From: Blastocatellia bacterium
GTDB lineage: Bacteria > Acidobacteriota > Blastocatellia > UBA7656
Reading direction: 5' to 3'
Length of the DNA stretch: 64,000 nt
Assembly (NCBI GenBank): GCA_963765495.1
Contig: CAVXWP010000015.1
Span: forward strand, 124,115 to 188,114
This document shows, piece by piece, positions 1 to 11,026 of this stretch (position 1 is its first letter; every line of letters begins with the position of its first letter). The translations under genes were made by a program, and so were the position numbers. The notes under the pieces are model-generated. The model was given only the letters and a program-made list of their open reading frames with translations. It made no database searches and was not told where the DNA came from.

Positions 1-65
1 CCGGCCAAACCGAGCGTTAATCGGTATATCGAGCGGGGGCGAGTCTTTTTGTGTGTGGTCAGCAT
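1..65 (-). CDS. Possible 5' end of a gene running off the left edge (signal-peptide-like start)
   Basis: Minus-strand ATG at 65 gives MLTTHKKTRPRSIYRLTLGLA, open to the window edge; basic then hydrophobic residues. Confidence 0.3.
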   Translation of the reverse strand, partial: MLTTHKKTRPRSIYRLTLGLA

Positions 66-364
66 GGCAGCTACAACTCTTGCCTGGCTTTTTTCGATTC
101 TATGACGGGTAAGGCCAGGGCGCAAGAATACTTCGTTCCACCCCAAGAAACTGCGTGCCGGTTTACTGCTGCCTTTGCCTGCTGATTCAACTCCGTCTTC
201 GCTTGAGATTTTGCATTCCTTCACGGCGCTGCTTCGTAATTGATATCTGGGGTCATCTGAGTAGTCGTGCCGTTTGGAAACTTTAGTTGACCATCTCGAA
301 CCGGCGATGAATCCTTTGATTGCCGACCTCCAGAGGTTGTGATGAAGTCGCTCGAAATATACTT

Positions 365-390
365 GGAACCAATGAATTCAACCCTCCGTA
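365..390 (+). promoter_or_regulatory. Putative ECF-sigma (SigW/SigM-like) promoter
   Basis: GGAACC (365-370), 16-nt spacer, CGTA (387-390), 54 nt upstream of the adaptor gene. Confidence 0.5.
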
Positions 391-444
391 TGACCGAGTG
401 GACTAAAACCCGGACAAAATTTTATAAAAACTGGCGGAGATATA

Positions 445-1644
445 ATGGCTAAGAAAAAGTCTCGAAAATATATCTTTATCTCGCTCTCGATTATAGTCGT
501 TGGCGCTGTGGTCGTTTTTGTGGCCTCGTCTTTGTCGCGCACCAAGGCCGAGATTGACCCGTCGCGCCTTGTGACGATTGAGCGCGGCGACCTGGCTCGA
601 TCAGTTGTCGCTACGGGGCGCGTAGAGCCAATATCGAAGGTCGAGATCAAATCGAAGGCCAACGGCATCATAAAGGAACTCAAGGTCAACGCGGGCGATA
701 TGGTAGTTCCGGGGCAGGTGCTGGCCGAGCTTGATAAAGAGAATCTTGCCGCGAGATTGCGCGAGGCGCGGGCCGCCTTGATGAGCGCCGAGTCAAATAC
801 AAGAGCGGCTCAGGCCGAGTATGAAAAGAACAAGGTCGAGGCCGAAGCCCCCGACGTGGCCTTTGCCCGACGCAATGTGGAACGCGTTCAAAGGCTTTTC
901 GATAAGGGCCTGATCTCGCAGCAGGAGATTGAAGATGCGCGCCGCGCAATGGAACAGGCCGAAAATCGCCAGCATGTCTCTCGCTCTCAATTGAGCGTAA
1001 GCCACGCGCGAGTTTCGCAGGCCGAAGCGGAAGTCGCTCAGGCTCAGGCCGCCGTAGATCGCGCCGATGAGGAGTTGAATAACGCTACGATCCGCTCGCC
1101 AATCACCGGCATGGTTTTGTCTCGCGATGTGGAACTGGGCAGCCCCGTCTCTTCAATCCTCAATATGGGATCAGCCGCGACGCTTGTGATGGTGCTCGGA
1201 GACATCAGCCAGGTCTATGTTCGCGGGCAGGTTGACGAGACCGACATCGGCGCGGTGAAGCTGGGTCAACCGGCGCGAATCAAAGTCGAGACATTTAAGG
1301 ATAAGGCGTTCGAAGGTCACGTCACGGAAATCTCTCCGCTTGGAGTCGAAAAAGATAACGTAGTGAGTTTCGAGGTAAAGGTTTCGATCAACAATCCGGG
1401 CGGTGAGTTACGCGCAAACATGTCGGCAAACGCAGAGATCGTTCTGGAAGAGCACAAAGGCACATTGATAATTCCCGAAAGCGCCGTTATCTATGACGCT
1501 GAACGCAACGCATTCGTCGAGGTGCCCGGCCCCGCTTCGCCTACCGGACGCGAAAAGAAACCGATCAAAGTCGGCATCAGCAACGGAACCCGCACCGAAG
1601 TGACCGAAGGCGTGATAGAAGGTCAGCAAGTAATACTCCAATAG
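445..1644 (+). CDS. Efflux periplasmic adaptor / membrane fusion protein (MacA/YknX-like)
   Basis: N-terminal TM helix, lipoyl halves (GIIKELKVNAGDMVVPGQVLA; IRSPITGMV), coiled-coil hairpin, LRANMSANAEI. Confidence 0.9.
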   Translation: MAKKKSRKYIFISLSIIVVGAVVVFVASSLSRTKAEIDPSRLVTIERGDLARSVVATGRVEPISKVEIKSKANGIIKELKVNAGDMVVPGQVLAELDKENLAARLREARAALMSAESNTRAAQAEYEKNKVEAEAPDVAFARRNVERVQRLFDKGLISQQEIEDARRAMEQAENRQHVSRSQLSVSHARVSQAEAEVAQAQAAVDRADEELNNATIRSPITGMVLSRDVELGSPVSSILNMGSAATLVMVLGDISQVYVRGQVDETDIGAVKLGQPARIKVETFKDKAFEGHVTEISPLGVEKDNVVSFEVKVSINNPGGELRANMSANAEIVLEEHKGTLIIPESAVIYDAERNAFVEVPGPASPTGREKKPIKVGISNGTRTEVTEGVIEGQQVILQ

Positions 1645-1748
1645 TGATGCGTGATCCGTGACTCTAAGAGGCTAGCAAGTCTATTTAGGCCTGCGGTCCT
1701 TCTGAAAGTCACCAATCACGCATCACGCATTACTCATTACGCATCACG
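1645..1748. repeat. Family A element: TGATGCG-type heptamer array, ~46-nt core, inverted array
   Basis: tgatgcgtgatccgtga ... tcacgcatcacgcattactcattacgcatcacg. Confidence 0.8.
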
Positions 1749-1753
1749 AGATT

Positions 1754-3052
1754 ATGAGAGAACTCTTTTCACAAACCTGGTCCAATCTGAGGGCTAACAA
1801 GCTCCGCAGCCTGCTGACGATGTTCGGCATCATGTGGGGAGTGATCTCAATCGTGATTCTGTCGGCGGTAGGCGAAGGCTTTCAGCGGGGCAATCAGGTT
1901 GTTCTGCGCGAGCTTGGCAAAAACATCATAATCATCAGGGACGGTCGAACGAGCATGCAGGCCGGCGGCGCACGCGCGGGCCGCATCATTCGTCTCGATA
2001 TAAACGATGTATATCTGCTCAAGAAAGAATCGAAGCTGCTGGAGAATATCTCGCCCGAGTTGATGGGCGGTGCGAGCGTCAAGAGCGCCTTCAATTCCAG
2101 TTCGGTAGGCATCAGCGGCGTTTGGCCCGTCTATCAGGATATTCGGACGATTGAGCTTGAGAAGGGCCGCCTGATGAATGAACTCGACAACGAGCAGGCC
2201 CGGCGCGTCGTCATCATCGGCTATGACGCCTGCAAGCAGTTGTTCGCCGACCGCGACCCGCTTGGCGCTCAGGTAACGCTCAACGGTATTCCCTATGCGG
2301 TGATCGGGAAGATGCGAAAGAAGGAGCAGGATTCGAGCTACACGGGCGAGGACAACAGCCGGTTGTTTATTCCTTATGAGACGATGAGAAAGGATTTCCC
2401 GCTCTCCGGGAATATGCGAACCGCCGATTCGCTTTCGGCCATCATCGCTACGCCTTATCTGTATGTGACCGAAGGGCTGCGCAAGAAGATGGAGCAGGAA
2501 GGCAAGGGCATATTCGATAACAACGGCCCCGTTGAAACCGAGGTGCGGCAGATACTGACCCAGAGACACGATTTCGATGCGCACGACGCGGAAGCGGTTT
2601 CGATGTGGAACACCACGGTAATGTCGGTGATGTTCGACAAGATGATAGGCGGTATGAGCGAATTTTTTATAGCCGTCAGCATCATCACTCTGGCGCTCGG
2701 AGGCATAGGTGTTATGAACATCATGTTTATCGCCGTCAAAGAACGCACGCGCGAGATCGGGGTGCGAAAGGCTCTGGGCGCGACCTCCTTCAACATTCAG
2801 TTGCAGTTCTTAAGCGAAGGGCTTTTCCTGACTTTGTTGAGCGGCGCAATCGGTTTTGTAATCGGGGCGGGGCTCTGCAAACTTGTAAACCTCCTGCCGC
2901 TGCCCGCGAGGTTTTCGGGGATGATAATCACCTGGCAGATCGTAGCGTTTTCCATAGTCGCGCTCACGATGATAGGCGTGGCCGCATCTACGATTCCTGC
3001 GCGCCGCGCCTCGCGCCTCGCGCCGGTCGAGGCGCTCAGATATGAGATGTAA
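1754..3052 (+). CDS. ABC transporter permease, MacB/FtsX family
   Basis: [42 protein letters not shown]-terminal PVEALRYE. Confidence 0.92.
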   Translation: MRELFSQTWSNLRANKLRSLLTMFGIMWGVISIVILSAVGEGFQRGNQVVLRELGKNIIIIRDGRTSMQAGGARAGRIIRLDINDVYLLKKESKLLENISPELMGGASVKSAFNSSSVGISGVWPVYQDIRTIELEKGRLMNELDNEQARRVVIIGYDACKQLFADRDPLGAQVTLNGIPYAVIGKMRKKEQDSSYTGEDNSRLFIPYETMRKDFPLSGNMRTADSLSAIIATPYLYVTEGLRKKMEQEGKGIFDNNGPVETEVRQILTQRHDFDAHDAEAVSMWNTTVMSVMFDKMIGGMSEFFIAVSIITLALGGIGVMNIMFIAVKERTREIGVRKALGATSFNIQLQFLSEGLFLTLLSGAIGFVIGAGLCKLVNLLPLPARFSGMIITWQIVAFSIVALTMIGVAASTIPARRASRLAPVEALRYEM

Positions 3053-3064
3053 GGAGAGATTCGG

Positions 3065-4321
3065 GTGATACTGAAGGAAGTTCTTCTCCAGGCGGTTTAC
3101 GCGCTCATAAGCCACCGCCTCCGCGCTTTGATGACGATGTTCGGCATCGCGTGGGGAATCGTGACCGTGGTCCTGTTGATGGCCTACGGCAACGGTTTTC
3201 ACGATGCTATAGAGGCGGGGTTTCGCGGCGCTTTCTCTGACGGCACGGTAGTGATGTACGGCGGCCAGACAAGCTCGCAGGCGGGCGGCGAACGGGCGGG
3301 GAAGCGGATTCGCCTTGAAATGGATGATGTCGAGGCGCTGAGAGAACTCGGCGTCATCAAATTTGCAAGCCCCGAATATATACAGGATTACCCCATCAGT
3401 TTCGGCAACCGGCAGACCTCCACCGCCGTGCGCGGGGTGGCCCCCGAATACGCCGTGATGCGAAACGAGCCCTCCGAATTCGGGCGCTTTATAAACGGCG
3501 AAGATATCGAAAAGCGGCGGCGCGTAGTCTTTCTTGGCTATGAAGTGGCGCGCAAAATATTCGGCAACAGCTATGCCGTGGGGCAAACGGTTCGCATAGC
3601 CGGGATGTCTTTTGAAGTGGTTGGCGTGATGCCAAACAAGGTGCAGATGTCCACCTATTACATGCCGGATAAAAGCAGCGTCTTTATCCCCTATACGACG
3701 GTCGGGCAATTGTGGAACGATCAGTATCTTTACACGCTGGTCTTTCAGACCGTGAACCCGTCGGATCAGCCTCGCGCCATCCGGCAGGTCCGCGAAACGC
3801 TTGCCGCGCGCCACGGGTTTGATCCCAAGGATGAGCGCGCCGTGCGAATGAACGATTCGGTAGAGAACAACCAGATGATAAACGGAATCACAAACGGGCT
3901 GAAAGTGATCCTTGGTTTTATCGGCACGCTGACGTTGATGATAGGCGGCATAGGCGTGATGAATATCATGCTGGTTTCCGTGACCGAACGCACCCGCGAG
4001 GTCGGGATTCGAAAGGCTCTGGGGGCAAAGCGCCGCCACATCCTCATTCAGTTTCTGCTCGAAGGGATGGTTATAACCTTCTTTGGAGGAATCCTCGGAA
4101 TCCTGTTGTCTTACCTTCTGGTGCTGGTGATCGGCGCTCGGCCATTCCTGGCCGAACTGCTTGACGACGTATCGCGCCAGACCGATATACACCTGTTGCT
4201 ATCGGCCGACGTAGTGTTTACGGCGACGAGTATACTGATATTCGTAGGTCTCGTCAGCGGACTCTGGCCCGCCTTTCGCGCCTCGCGCATGGACCCTATA
4301 GAATCGCTTCGTTATGAGTGA
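3065..4321 (+). CDS. ABC transporter permease, MacB/FtsX family (second paralog)
   Basis: [37 protein letters not shown]; GTG start with RBS-like ggagag. Confidence 0.92.
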   Translation: MILKEVLLQAVYALISHRLRALMTMFGIAWGIVTVVLLMAYGNGFHDAIEAGFRGAFSDGTVVMYGGQTSSQAGGERAGKRIRLEMDDVEALRELGVIKFASPEYIQDYPISFGNRQTSTAVRGVAPEYAVMRNEPSEFGRFINGEDIEKRRRVVFLGYEVARKIFGNSYAVGQTVRIAGMSFEVVGVMPNKVQMSTYYMPDKSSVFIPYTTVGQLWNDQYLYTLVFQTVNPSDQPRAIRQVRETLAARHGFDPKDERAVRMNDSVENNQMINGITNGLKVILGFIGTLTLMIGGIGVMNIMLVSVTERTREVGIRKALGAKRRHILIQFLLEGMVITFFGGILGILLSYLLVLVIGARPFLAELLDDVSRQTDIHLLLSADVVFTATSILIFVGLVSGLWPAFRASRMDPIESLRYE

Positions 4322-4397
4322 CAGGATTAACAAGATTTTATGCGATTCAAGAAGATTTCTGATCCTGAAAATCCTCTCGAATCCTGTTAATTCTGCC
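4319..4397. repeat. Family B inverted repeat (GACAGGATTAACAGGATT type); supplies the TGA stop
   Basis: tgacaggattaacaagatt ... aatcctgttaattctg. Confidence 0.75.
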
Positions 4398-4464
4398 TGC
4401 GTGCATCCGGCTGAATAACGGCCCCATCTTGCCCCGATTTTTGGCGGCGGCTACAATACAACTG

Positions 4465-5076
4465 GTGAAATCAATAACTGTAGCCATAAGCGGCGCAAGC
4501 GGCGCAATCTACGCGCAACGGCTCTTGATGCAACTCGAGGCAAGCGTCGAGGTGCGCCAGATAAATCTTGTAATCAGCGGGCCGGGCCGCCGCGTCATCA
4601 ATGACGAACTCGATATCAGCGCGACCGCCGATTTAGAGCATCTGGTGGCCGAGATGATAGGCCACGCGCCTGCAAAGATCATCGCCTTTCACGCGGGCGA
4701 TATAGGCGCTGCCATCGCTTCCGGGTCGTATCCGGTCGACGCAATGGTCATCATTCCGTGTTCGGCCTCTACGCTTGGCGTGCTGGCCTCCGGCTCGTGC
4801 CGCAACCTTTTGCACCGCGCCGCCGATGTCTGCCTGAAAGAGAATCGCCGCCTCGTCCTTGTCCCACGCGAGACGCCGCTCTCAATGATTCACCTGGAAA
4901 ACATGTTAAAACTGCGGCAGGCCGGAGCGATGATCGTGCCCGCGATGCCCGCGTTTTATCATCGCCCGATTGATATAAACTCTATGGTGGACCATTTCAT
5001 TTACAGGGTGATGGACCACCTTGGCCTTGCGCATTCCGAGGAGACTGTCTGGCAGGGCGATCTACAAAAGATTTGA
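4465..5076 (+). CDS. ubiX: Flavin prenyltransferase, UbiX family
   Basis: ITVAISGASGAIY, IASGS, PCSASTL, RAADVCLKENRRLVLVPRETP, PAMPAFY; GTG start at 4465 inferred. Confidence 0.92.
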   Translation: MKSITVAISGASGAIYAQRLLMQLEASVEVRQINLVISGPGRRVINDELDISATADLEHLVAEMIGHAPAKIIAFHAGDIGAAIASGSYPVDAMVIIPCSASTLGVLASGSCRNLLHRAADVCLKENRRLVLVPRETPLSMIHLENMLKLRQAGAMIVPAMPAFYHRPIDINSMVDHFIYRVMDHLGLAHSEETVWQGDLQKI

Positions 5077-5128
5077 GATTTGAAAACAGAGTTGAATTCC
5101 GGGAGTGCCGGGCAAAGTGAGATTGAGT

Positions 5129-6010
5129 ATGACTGTAGCTGAGCGACTTCGAATCACGCTCGAAATGATAAAGATCGAACACACGCTGTTTGCGCTTCCC
5201 TTTGCGTTTCTGGGCGCGGCGCTTGCCGCGCGTGACCTGCCCGCCGAGCCCGCGAGTTTCTGGATATGGAAGCTCCTCTGGATATTACTGGCAATGGTTG
5301 GAGCGCGTTCGGCTGCGATGACTTTCAATCGAATTGCCGACCGCCACTTTGACGCTCAAAATCCGCGCACGGCAAACAGGGCTTTGCCCGCAGGGTTGCT
5401 CGACCTGAAATTTGCCTGGATATTTACCATGATTTCGTCGGCCATTTTCCTGTTTGCCGCCTATCAACTCAATCGGCTGACGTTTCTGCTTTCGCCTGTC
5501 GCGCTGGGCTCGGTGCTGCTTTATTCCTACACCAAGCGATTCACATTTGCATCTCACCTGTTTCTTGGCTGGTGTTTGTCGATAGCTCCGGCGGGCGCGT
5601 GGATAGCGATAAGAGGCGACCTGACGGCAGTGCCGTTGCTTTTGTCGCTTGCGGTGATGCTGTGGACCGCCGGGTTCGACATTCTCTATGCGTGTCAGGA
5701 TTTTGATTTCGACAGGCGTGCGGGACTGCACTCCATCCCGCAGCGGTTCGGATTGAGCGGTGCGCTGTGGATTGCTCGCGGAATACACGCGTTGATGTTT
5801 ATCGCGCTTGTGCTGCTGTTTCGCCTCGCGCATCTCGGATGGATGGGGATGGTCGGGGTCGCGGCTACGGGCGCGCTCCTTGTTTATCAGCACAGCATAG
5901 TCAAATCCGACGATCTTTCCCGGCTCGACGCGGCCTTTTTCAATACCAACGCGATGGTGAGCATCATCTTGTTTGTCACTATGGCAAGCGACGCGCTCCT
6001 GCTCAATTGA
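5129..6010 (+). CDS. ubiA: UbiA-family prenyltransferase (MqnP-like, futalosine menaquinone pathway)
   Basis: [51 protein letters not shown], multiple TM helices. Confidence 0.88.
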   Translation: MTVAERLRITLEMIKIEHTLFALPFAFLGAALAARDLPAEPASFWIWKLLWILLAMVGARSAAMTFNRIADRHFDAQNPRTANRALPAGLLDLKFAWIFTMISSAIFLFAAYQLNRLTFLLSPVALGSVLLYSYTKRFTFASHLFLGWCLSIAPAGAWIAIRGDLTAVPLLLSLAVMLWTAGFDILYACQDFDFDRRAGLHSIPQRFGLSGALWIARGIHALMFIALVLLFRLAHLGWMGMVGVAATGALLVYQHSIVKSDDLSRLDAAFFNTNAMVSIILFVTMASDALLLN

Positions 6011-6058
6011 GCGAGCCGTGCTATAATTTCAAGTTTCAGATTCGAGATTAACCCGATT

Positions 6059-7975
6059 ATGTGCGGTATTTGCGGAGTCGTCGGCAGGACCGATGAACAG
6101 CTTATCAAAAACATGCTTTTGCGCATGGCCCATCGCGGCCCTGACGACGAAGGCGTTTACATAGCCGAAACCTCCGGGGGGGATCGGGTGGGGCTTGGCC
6201 ATCGTCGGCTTTCGATTATAGATCTATCGGCCGGCGGCCACGAACCGATGTCTGACGCAGGCAAACAGGTCTGGCTCACCTACAACGGAGAAATTTACAA
6301 CTTCAAAGAGTTGCGCCGCGAGCTTGAGCATTGCGGCCATAGCTTTCGCTCAGAAAGCGACGCCGAAGTAATCATTTACGCTTACCTCGAATGGGGCCGC
6401 GCATTTCTTACAAGACTCAACGGCATATTCGCCTTAGCCATCTGGGATCAGCGCGATGAAAGCCTTCTGCTCGCGCGCGACCACCTGGGAGTCAAGCCGC
6501 TCTATTATACCGATACGCCCGCTGGTTTTGCCTTTGCCTCTGAGATCAAGGCATTTCTCGAAGTGCCGGGTTTCAAGCGCGAAGTCGATCTGGCCTCGCT
6601 CGATCAGTTCATGTCTTTCCTGTGGGTTCCAGATCCGAAGACCGCGTTTCGCGGAGTCTACAAGCTTCCGCCCGGCCACTACCTGATCTATCGCGAAGGC
6701 CGCGCCGAGACAATCGAGTACTGGGACATCGAGTTTGACGAAGACGACTCGATAAGCGAGGCCGAGTGGGTGGAGCGCGTGCGCGAGCAAATAGAGCGCA
6801 GCGTCCGTGCGCAGATGATAGCGGATGTGCCGTTGGGCGCGTTTCTTTCGGGCGGGATAGATTCTTCAACAATCGTGGCCTTGATGTCTGAGACGGCAAA
6901 TCGCAAGATCACGACCTACACGTTCGGGTTTAGTCAGGAAGATTTGCGTTACGACATACTCGAAGACGATGTGAAGTATGCGCGGATCATCGGAGAGCAG
7001 TTTAATACGGATTACAGGGAAGAGTTTTTAGAGCCGCGCGTGATGGAGTTGCTGCCAAAGCTCGTCTATCACATGGACGAGCCGGTAGCCGATCCGGCGA
7101 TCATAACCAGCTATCTGATCTGTCGGGAGGCGCGCAAACGGCTGACGGTTTTGCTTTCGGGGATGGGCGGCGATGAGGTCTTTGCCGGGTACCCGCGCCA
7201 CCTCGCCGTGAAAGTAGCCGACGCCTATAACCTGATCCCTTCTTTTCTGTCGCGCCCGCTGGTTGCGGCGCTTCCCGGCGCTCGGCCCGGACGCTTTACG
7301 GCGCTCTTTCGCAATACGAAAAAGCTCGCGCGCTCGGCCGCTTTGCCCGAGCGCGAACGCTATCTTGGCTTTGGAACCTATTTCACCGACCAGGAAAAAG
7401 GCGAACTCTATTCGGGAGAGATGGATCGCGTAGCGGGCGAGTGCGATGCTTACAGCGAGCACCGGAAATATTTTGATCGGGTGGCGGGCGAAGACTTCAT
7501 AAACCAGATGCTCTACATCGATCTGAAGACATTTCTGCCTTGTCTGAACCTGACCTACACGGACAAGACGAGTATGGCAAGTTCCATGGAAGTGCGCGTG
7601 CCCCTGCTCGATCACGAGCTTATAGAGATGACCGCCCGCATTCCTGCGCGGCTGAAGCTCAAGGGGCTTACCAGAAAATATATACTCAAGCGGGCGGCCG
7701 AGGCGTGGCTGCCGCGCGAAATCATCTACCGCAAGAAAGCCGGATTCAGCGCGCCCGTCAGAGCATGGCTTGTGCGCGATCTGCGCGACACGGTCGAGGA
7801 CCTGTTGTCGGAAACAAATATTCGCAGCCGTGGATATTTTGATTACAAGCAGGTGCGGCGTCTGATCGACGAAAATCTTTCGGGCCGCGAAGACAACAGC
7901 CTGAAGATATTTCAACTCCTGACGCTCGAGCTATGGCATCGAGCCTTTATTGATAACGGAGCGACACAGACTTGA
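6059..7975 (+). CDS. asnB: Asparagine synthase (glutamine-hydrolysing) family amidotransferase
   Basis: MCGICG Ntn start, HRGPD, GHRRLSIIDL, YNGEIYN, FLSGGIDSS, SGMGGDE, EVRVPLLD. Confidence 0.93.
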   Translation: MCGICGVVGRTDEQLIKNMLLRMAHRGPDDEGVYIAETSGGDRVGLGHRRLSIIDLSAGGHEPMSDAGKQVWLTYNGEIYNFKELRRELEHCGHSFRSESDAEVIIYAYLEWGRAFLTRLNGIFALAIWDQRDESLLLARDHLGVKPLYYTDTPAGFAFASEIKAFLEVPGFKREVDLASLDQFMSFLWVPDPKTAFRGVYKLPPGHYLIYREGRAETIEYWDIEFDEDDSISEAEWVERVREQIERSVRAQMIADVPLGAFLSGGIDSSTIVALMSETANRKITTYTFGFSQEDLRYDILEDDVKYARIIGEQFNTDYREEFLEPRVMELLPKLVYHMDEPVADPAIITSYLICREARKRLTVLLSGMGGDEVFAGYPRHLAVKVADAYNLIPSFLSRPLVAALPGARPGRFTALFRNTKKLARSAALPERERYLGFGTYFTDQEKGELYSGEMDRVAGECDAYSEHRKYFDRVAGEDFINQMLYIDLKTFLPCLNLTYTDKTSMASSMEVRVPLLDHELIEMTARIPARLKLKGLTRKYILKRAAEAWLPREIIYRKKAGFSAPVRAWLVRDLRDTVEDLLSETNIRSRGYFDYKQVRRLIDENLSGREDNSLKIFQLLTLELWHRAFIDNGATQT

Positions 7976-7977
7976 TT

Positions 7978-8862
7978 ATGGCCGAAGACCTGAAAGCGCG
8001 TGTGAGAGATTTCTGGCAATCGAACCCTTGCGGGGCAAAGTTTGCCGAAGCCGAAATCGGTACGCGCGAATTCTTTGCTCGCCTAGAGCACCATCGTTAC
8101 CAGACCGAATGGCACATTCTGGATGTGGTCGGCTTTGAAAAATGGCAAAACAAAGATGTGCTTGAAATCGGCTGCGGCCTCGGCACAGACGGCGCGAGTT
8201 TTGCCCGCGCCGGAGCGCGATATACGGCCATTGACCTGACGGATAGAGCGGTAGAGCTTGCCCGGCGGCGGTTCGAATTCGAAAACCTTGAAGGGAATAT
8301 AAATGTAGGCGACGCCGAAAACCTCCCCTTTGATGATGCGAGTTTCGATCTGGTCTACTCGCACGGGGTTCTGCACCACACGCCCGACACCCAGCGTGCG
8401 ATCAACGAGGCTCACAGGGTTTTGCGCCCGGGCGGCACGGCGATTGTGATGCTTTATCATAAGAATTCTTACAACTACTATGTAAACATCATGACGCTCA
8501 GAAAGATGGGCGTGCGGCTGCTCAGATTCGACTGGGGACCGGCCTTTGTGCATAGCCTCACGGGTGAAGATGAAGAGCGGCTGCGCGAACTTCAGCGTGT
8601 TTACAGGCAGAATGGAAAGCGATTGCTTTCGCGCGATGAGTTCCTGAATCAGAACACGGACGGCGCTGGCAATCCGCTAGCTCGCGCATACACCAGACGC
8701 GAGGCCCTAAAGATGTTTTCACGTTTCGGCAGGTCTCGCGCGGAAATCCATTTTTTGAACAAACGCTGGATACCTGTAATCGGCGGCCTGATCCCCCGCC
8801 CACTGGAACGGAAGCTCTCGCATCTGGCGGGCTGGCATCTGTGGATAATTGCTCAGAAGTGA
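7978..8862 (+). CDS. Class I SAM-dependent methyltransferase
   Basis: VLEIGCGLG, GDAENLPF, FDLVYSHGVLHH, LRPGG. Confidence 0.9.
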   Translation: MAEDLKARVRDFWQSNPCGAKFAEAEIGTREFFARLEHHRYQTEWHILDVVGFEKWQNKDVLEIGCGLGTDGASFARAGARYTAIDLTDRAVELARRRFEFENLEGNINVGDAENLPFDDASFDLVYSHGVLHHTPDTQRAINEAHRVLRPGGTAIVMLYHKNSYNYYVNIMTLRKMGVRLLRFDWGPAFVHSLTGEDEERLRELQRVYRQNGKRLLSRDEFLNQNTDGAGNPLARAYTRREALKMFSRFGRSRAEIHFLNKRWIPVIGGLIPRPLERKLSHLAGWHLWIIAQK

Positions 8863-8866
8863 AGAA

Positions 8867-8970
8867 TGATGCGTGATGCGTGATGCGTGATTTGCCGGAC
8901 TTGCAGGTTGTTTTAACAGGCAGCCTGCCTGATAATCACGCATCGCGGATCGCGGATCGCGGATCACGCA
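8867..8970. repeat. Family A heptamer inverted element
   Basis: (tgatgcg)3tga, 45-nt core, tcacgcatcgcggatcgcggatcgcggatcacgca. Confidence 0.85.
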
Positions 8971-8971
8971 T

Positions 8972-9943
8972 ATGAAAAGTATTCTTGTAACAGGCGGAGC
9001 GGGTTTCATAGGCAGCCATCTGGTTGATTGCCTGATGGCCGAAGGTCGCGCACGCTTGACCGTCGTAGACAACTTCAACGATTTTTATGATCCGGCGATC
9101 AAGCGGGCCAACGTAGCTCATCACGCAGGGAATGATAATTTCGAACTCATAAAAGCCGACATAACAGACGAGCGGGCGATGGGTGAATTATTTGCCCGAG
9201 CGGGGTTTGACACGGTTGTCCATCTTGCGGCGCGAGCCGGTGTACGTCCCTCGCTTGACCGTCCGATGGATTACGAAGAGACAAACGTGCGCGGCACTTT
9301 CTCGCTGCTTGAAGCCGCGCGCAGGTCCAGCGTTGAGCGCTTCGTATTCGGTTCGTCAAGCTCTGTTTATGGCGTGAATTCCAAAGTGCCTTTTTCCGAA
9401 GATGACCCGATAGCTCAAGCCATATCGCCCTACGCGGCCACGAAAATCGCGGGCGAAACGATTGCCCACGTCTACAGCCATCTGCATGGAATGCGTGTAG
9501 TGTGTCTCAGATTCTTTACCGTTTATGGCGCGCGCCAGCGGCCCGATCTCGCTATCCATAAATTTGCCCGGTTAATCTCCGAAGGCCGACCCATTCAGAT
9601 ATTCGGAGACGGCACAGCGCGTCGCGATTATACTTACATTGACGACATCGTTTCGGGTGTGCTCGCGGCGATGAGCTATGACGGGAGCCTCTTTGAAATC
9701 ATCAATCTGGGAGAATCCCAGACCATAGAACTTCTCCGGCTTGTGGAATTGTTGGAACAGGCGCTTGGCAAACGGGCCAGTATCGAACATAAACCCATGC
9801 AGCCGGGCGATGTCCCGGTCACTTACGCAGACATAAGCAAGGCGCGAAAACTGCTCGGCTATGACCCGCAGACAAAGATCGAGACAGGCATAGGGAAGTT
9901 CGTCGAGTGGTTCAAACGTTATTACGCGGACCGGCTCGATTGA
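8972..9943 (+). CDS. NAD-dependent epimerase (UDP-glucuronate 4-epimerase-like)
   Basis: [56 protein letters not shown]. Confidence 0.9.
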   Translation: MKSILVTGGAGFIGSHLVDCLMAEGRARLTVVDNFNDFYDPAIKRANVAHHAGNDNFELIKADITDERAMGELFARAGFDTVVHLAARAGVRPSLDRPMDYEETNVRGTFSLLEAARRSSVERFVFGSSSSVYGVNSKVPFSEDDPIAQAISPYAATKIAGETIAHVYSHLHGMRVVCLRFFTVYGARQRPDLAIHKFARLISEGRPIQIFGDGTARRDYTYIDDIVSGVLAAMSYDGSLFEIINLGESQTIELLRLVELLEQALGKRASIEHKPMQPGDVPVTYADISKARKLLGYDPQTKIETGIGKFVEWFKRYYADRLD

Positions 9944-10009
9944 TTCATCCGCACTTGCCTCTGATTGACCGGGCGGTCTAGTATCTTCTGGCTGAGTGGT
10001 TGAGCGATT

Positions 10010-11026
10010 ATGAGGGAATACCAGTTAAAACCCGTAAGGAAGATTGAAAAGGCGGGCGAGGGACCGGAGATTTCCGTCTTCCTTCCTGTCTATAACGAAG
10101 AAGAGAACATCGAGCCGCTGCACTCGAAACTCACCCGCGCGCTTGAAGAGTTGGAACGCGCATACGAAATCATCTATGTGAATGACGGCTCTGCGGATGA
10201 CAGCCTCGCCCGGTTGCGCGAGATCGCTGCGCGAGACAATCGAGTGCGGGTGGTCGCTTTAAGGCGCAACTATGGTCAAACGGCCGCGATGAGCGCAGGC
10301 ATAGATCATGCGCGCGGCGAGATATTGATCCCGATGGATGCCGATCTTCAAAACGATCCGGCAGACATAAGCCGCCTGCTTGAAAGGCTGGATGAGGGAT
10401 ACGATGTAGTGTCAGGCTGGCGCAAAGACCGCAAAGACAAATGGCTGACCCGGAGGCTGCCTTCACAGTTTGCCAACCGGCTGATCTCTTCGATAAGCGG
10501 CGTGTCGCTTCACGATTACGGCTGTAGCCTGAAGGCTTACCGGCGCGAGGTGCTGGCCGATGTGCGGCTTTACGGCGAGATGCATCGCTTCATCCCGATC
10601 TATGCCAGTTGGGCCGGTGCGCGAGTCACTGAGATACCGGTTACTCATCACCCGCGCCACGCGGGTAAATCGAAGTACGGGCTGTCGCGCACGATAAAAG
10701 TAATATTCGATCTCATCACAATCAAATTCATGTCCAGCTATCTGACCAAGCCGCTTTACCTGTTTGGCGCGGCGGGGTTGATCTGCCTCGGGGCTGCCTT
10801 AGTGTCGCTTGTCGGGGCGCTTTATTATAAATTCGTGCTCGACGTACACCTGAACCGCATGCCGCTTGCAACGCTCGCCATGATAATGTTTGCAATGGGC
10901 ATACAGTTTATCTTTATGGGATTGCTCGCGGAGATGATCGTACGCACCTATCACGAGTCTCAAGGCAAGCCCACCTATCTTGTTCGCGAATTGATCAACA
11001 TCGAAGAAGACGACGAAGTAAAATGA
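10010..11026 (+). CDS. GT2 polyprenyl-phosphate glycosyltransferase (ArnC/GtrB-like)
   Basis: PVYNEEENI, VNDGS, RNYGQTAA, MDADLQNDP, two C-terminal TM helices. Confidence 0.9.
   Translation: MREYQLKPVRKIEKAGEGPEISVFLPVYNEEENIEPLHSKLTRALEELERAYEIIYVNDGSADDSLARLREIAARDNRVRVVALRRNYGQTAAMSAGIDHARGEILIPMDADLQNDPADISRLLERLDEGYDVVSGWRKDRKDKWLTRRLPSQFANRLISSISGVSLHDYGCSLKAYRREVLADVRLYGEMHRFIPIYASWAGARVTEIPVTHHPRHAGKSKYGLSRTIKVIFDLITIKFMSSYLTKPLYLFGAAGLICLGAALVSLVGALYYKFVLDVHLNRMPLATLAMIMFAMGIQFIFMGLLAEMIVRTYHESQGKPTYLVRELINIEEDDEVK

Noticed and set aside
66-360. Riboswitch or ncRNA in the long leader upstream of the exporter
   Set aside because: No Rfam-like consensus or convincing structure seen by eye; an Infernal/Rfam scan would be needed
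2810-4192. 460-aa minus-strand ORF (likewise 7028-7915, 42130-43026, 50011-51090, 54835-55668)
   Set aside because: Antisense shadows of well-supported genes in GC-rich DNA, with no recognisable motifs
6059-8862. Lasso-peptide cluster (AsnB-like cyclase plus methyltransferase)
   Set aside because: AsnB has an intact N-terminal Cys glutaminase domain, no precursor, B1 or B2 gene is seen, and the context is glycan biosynthesis
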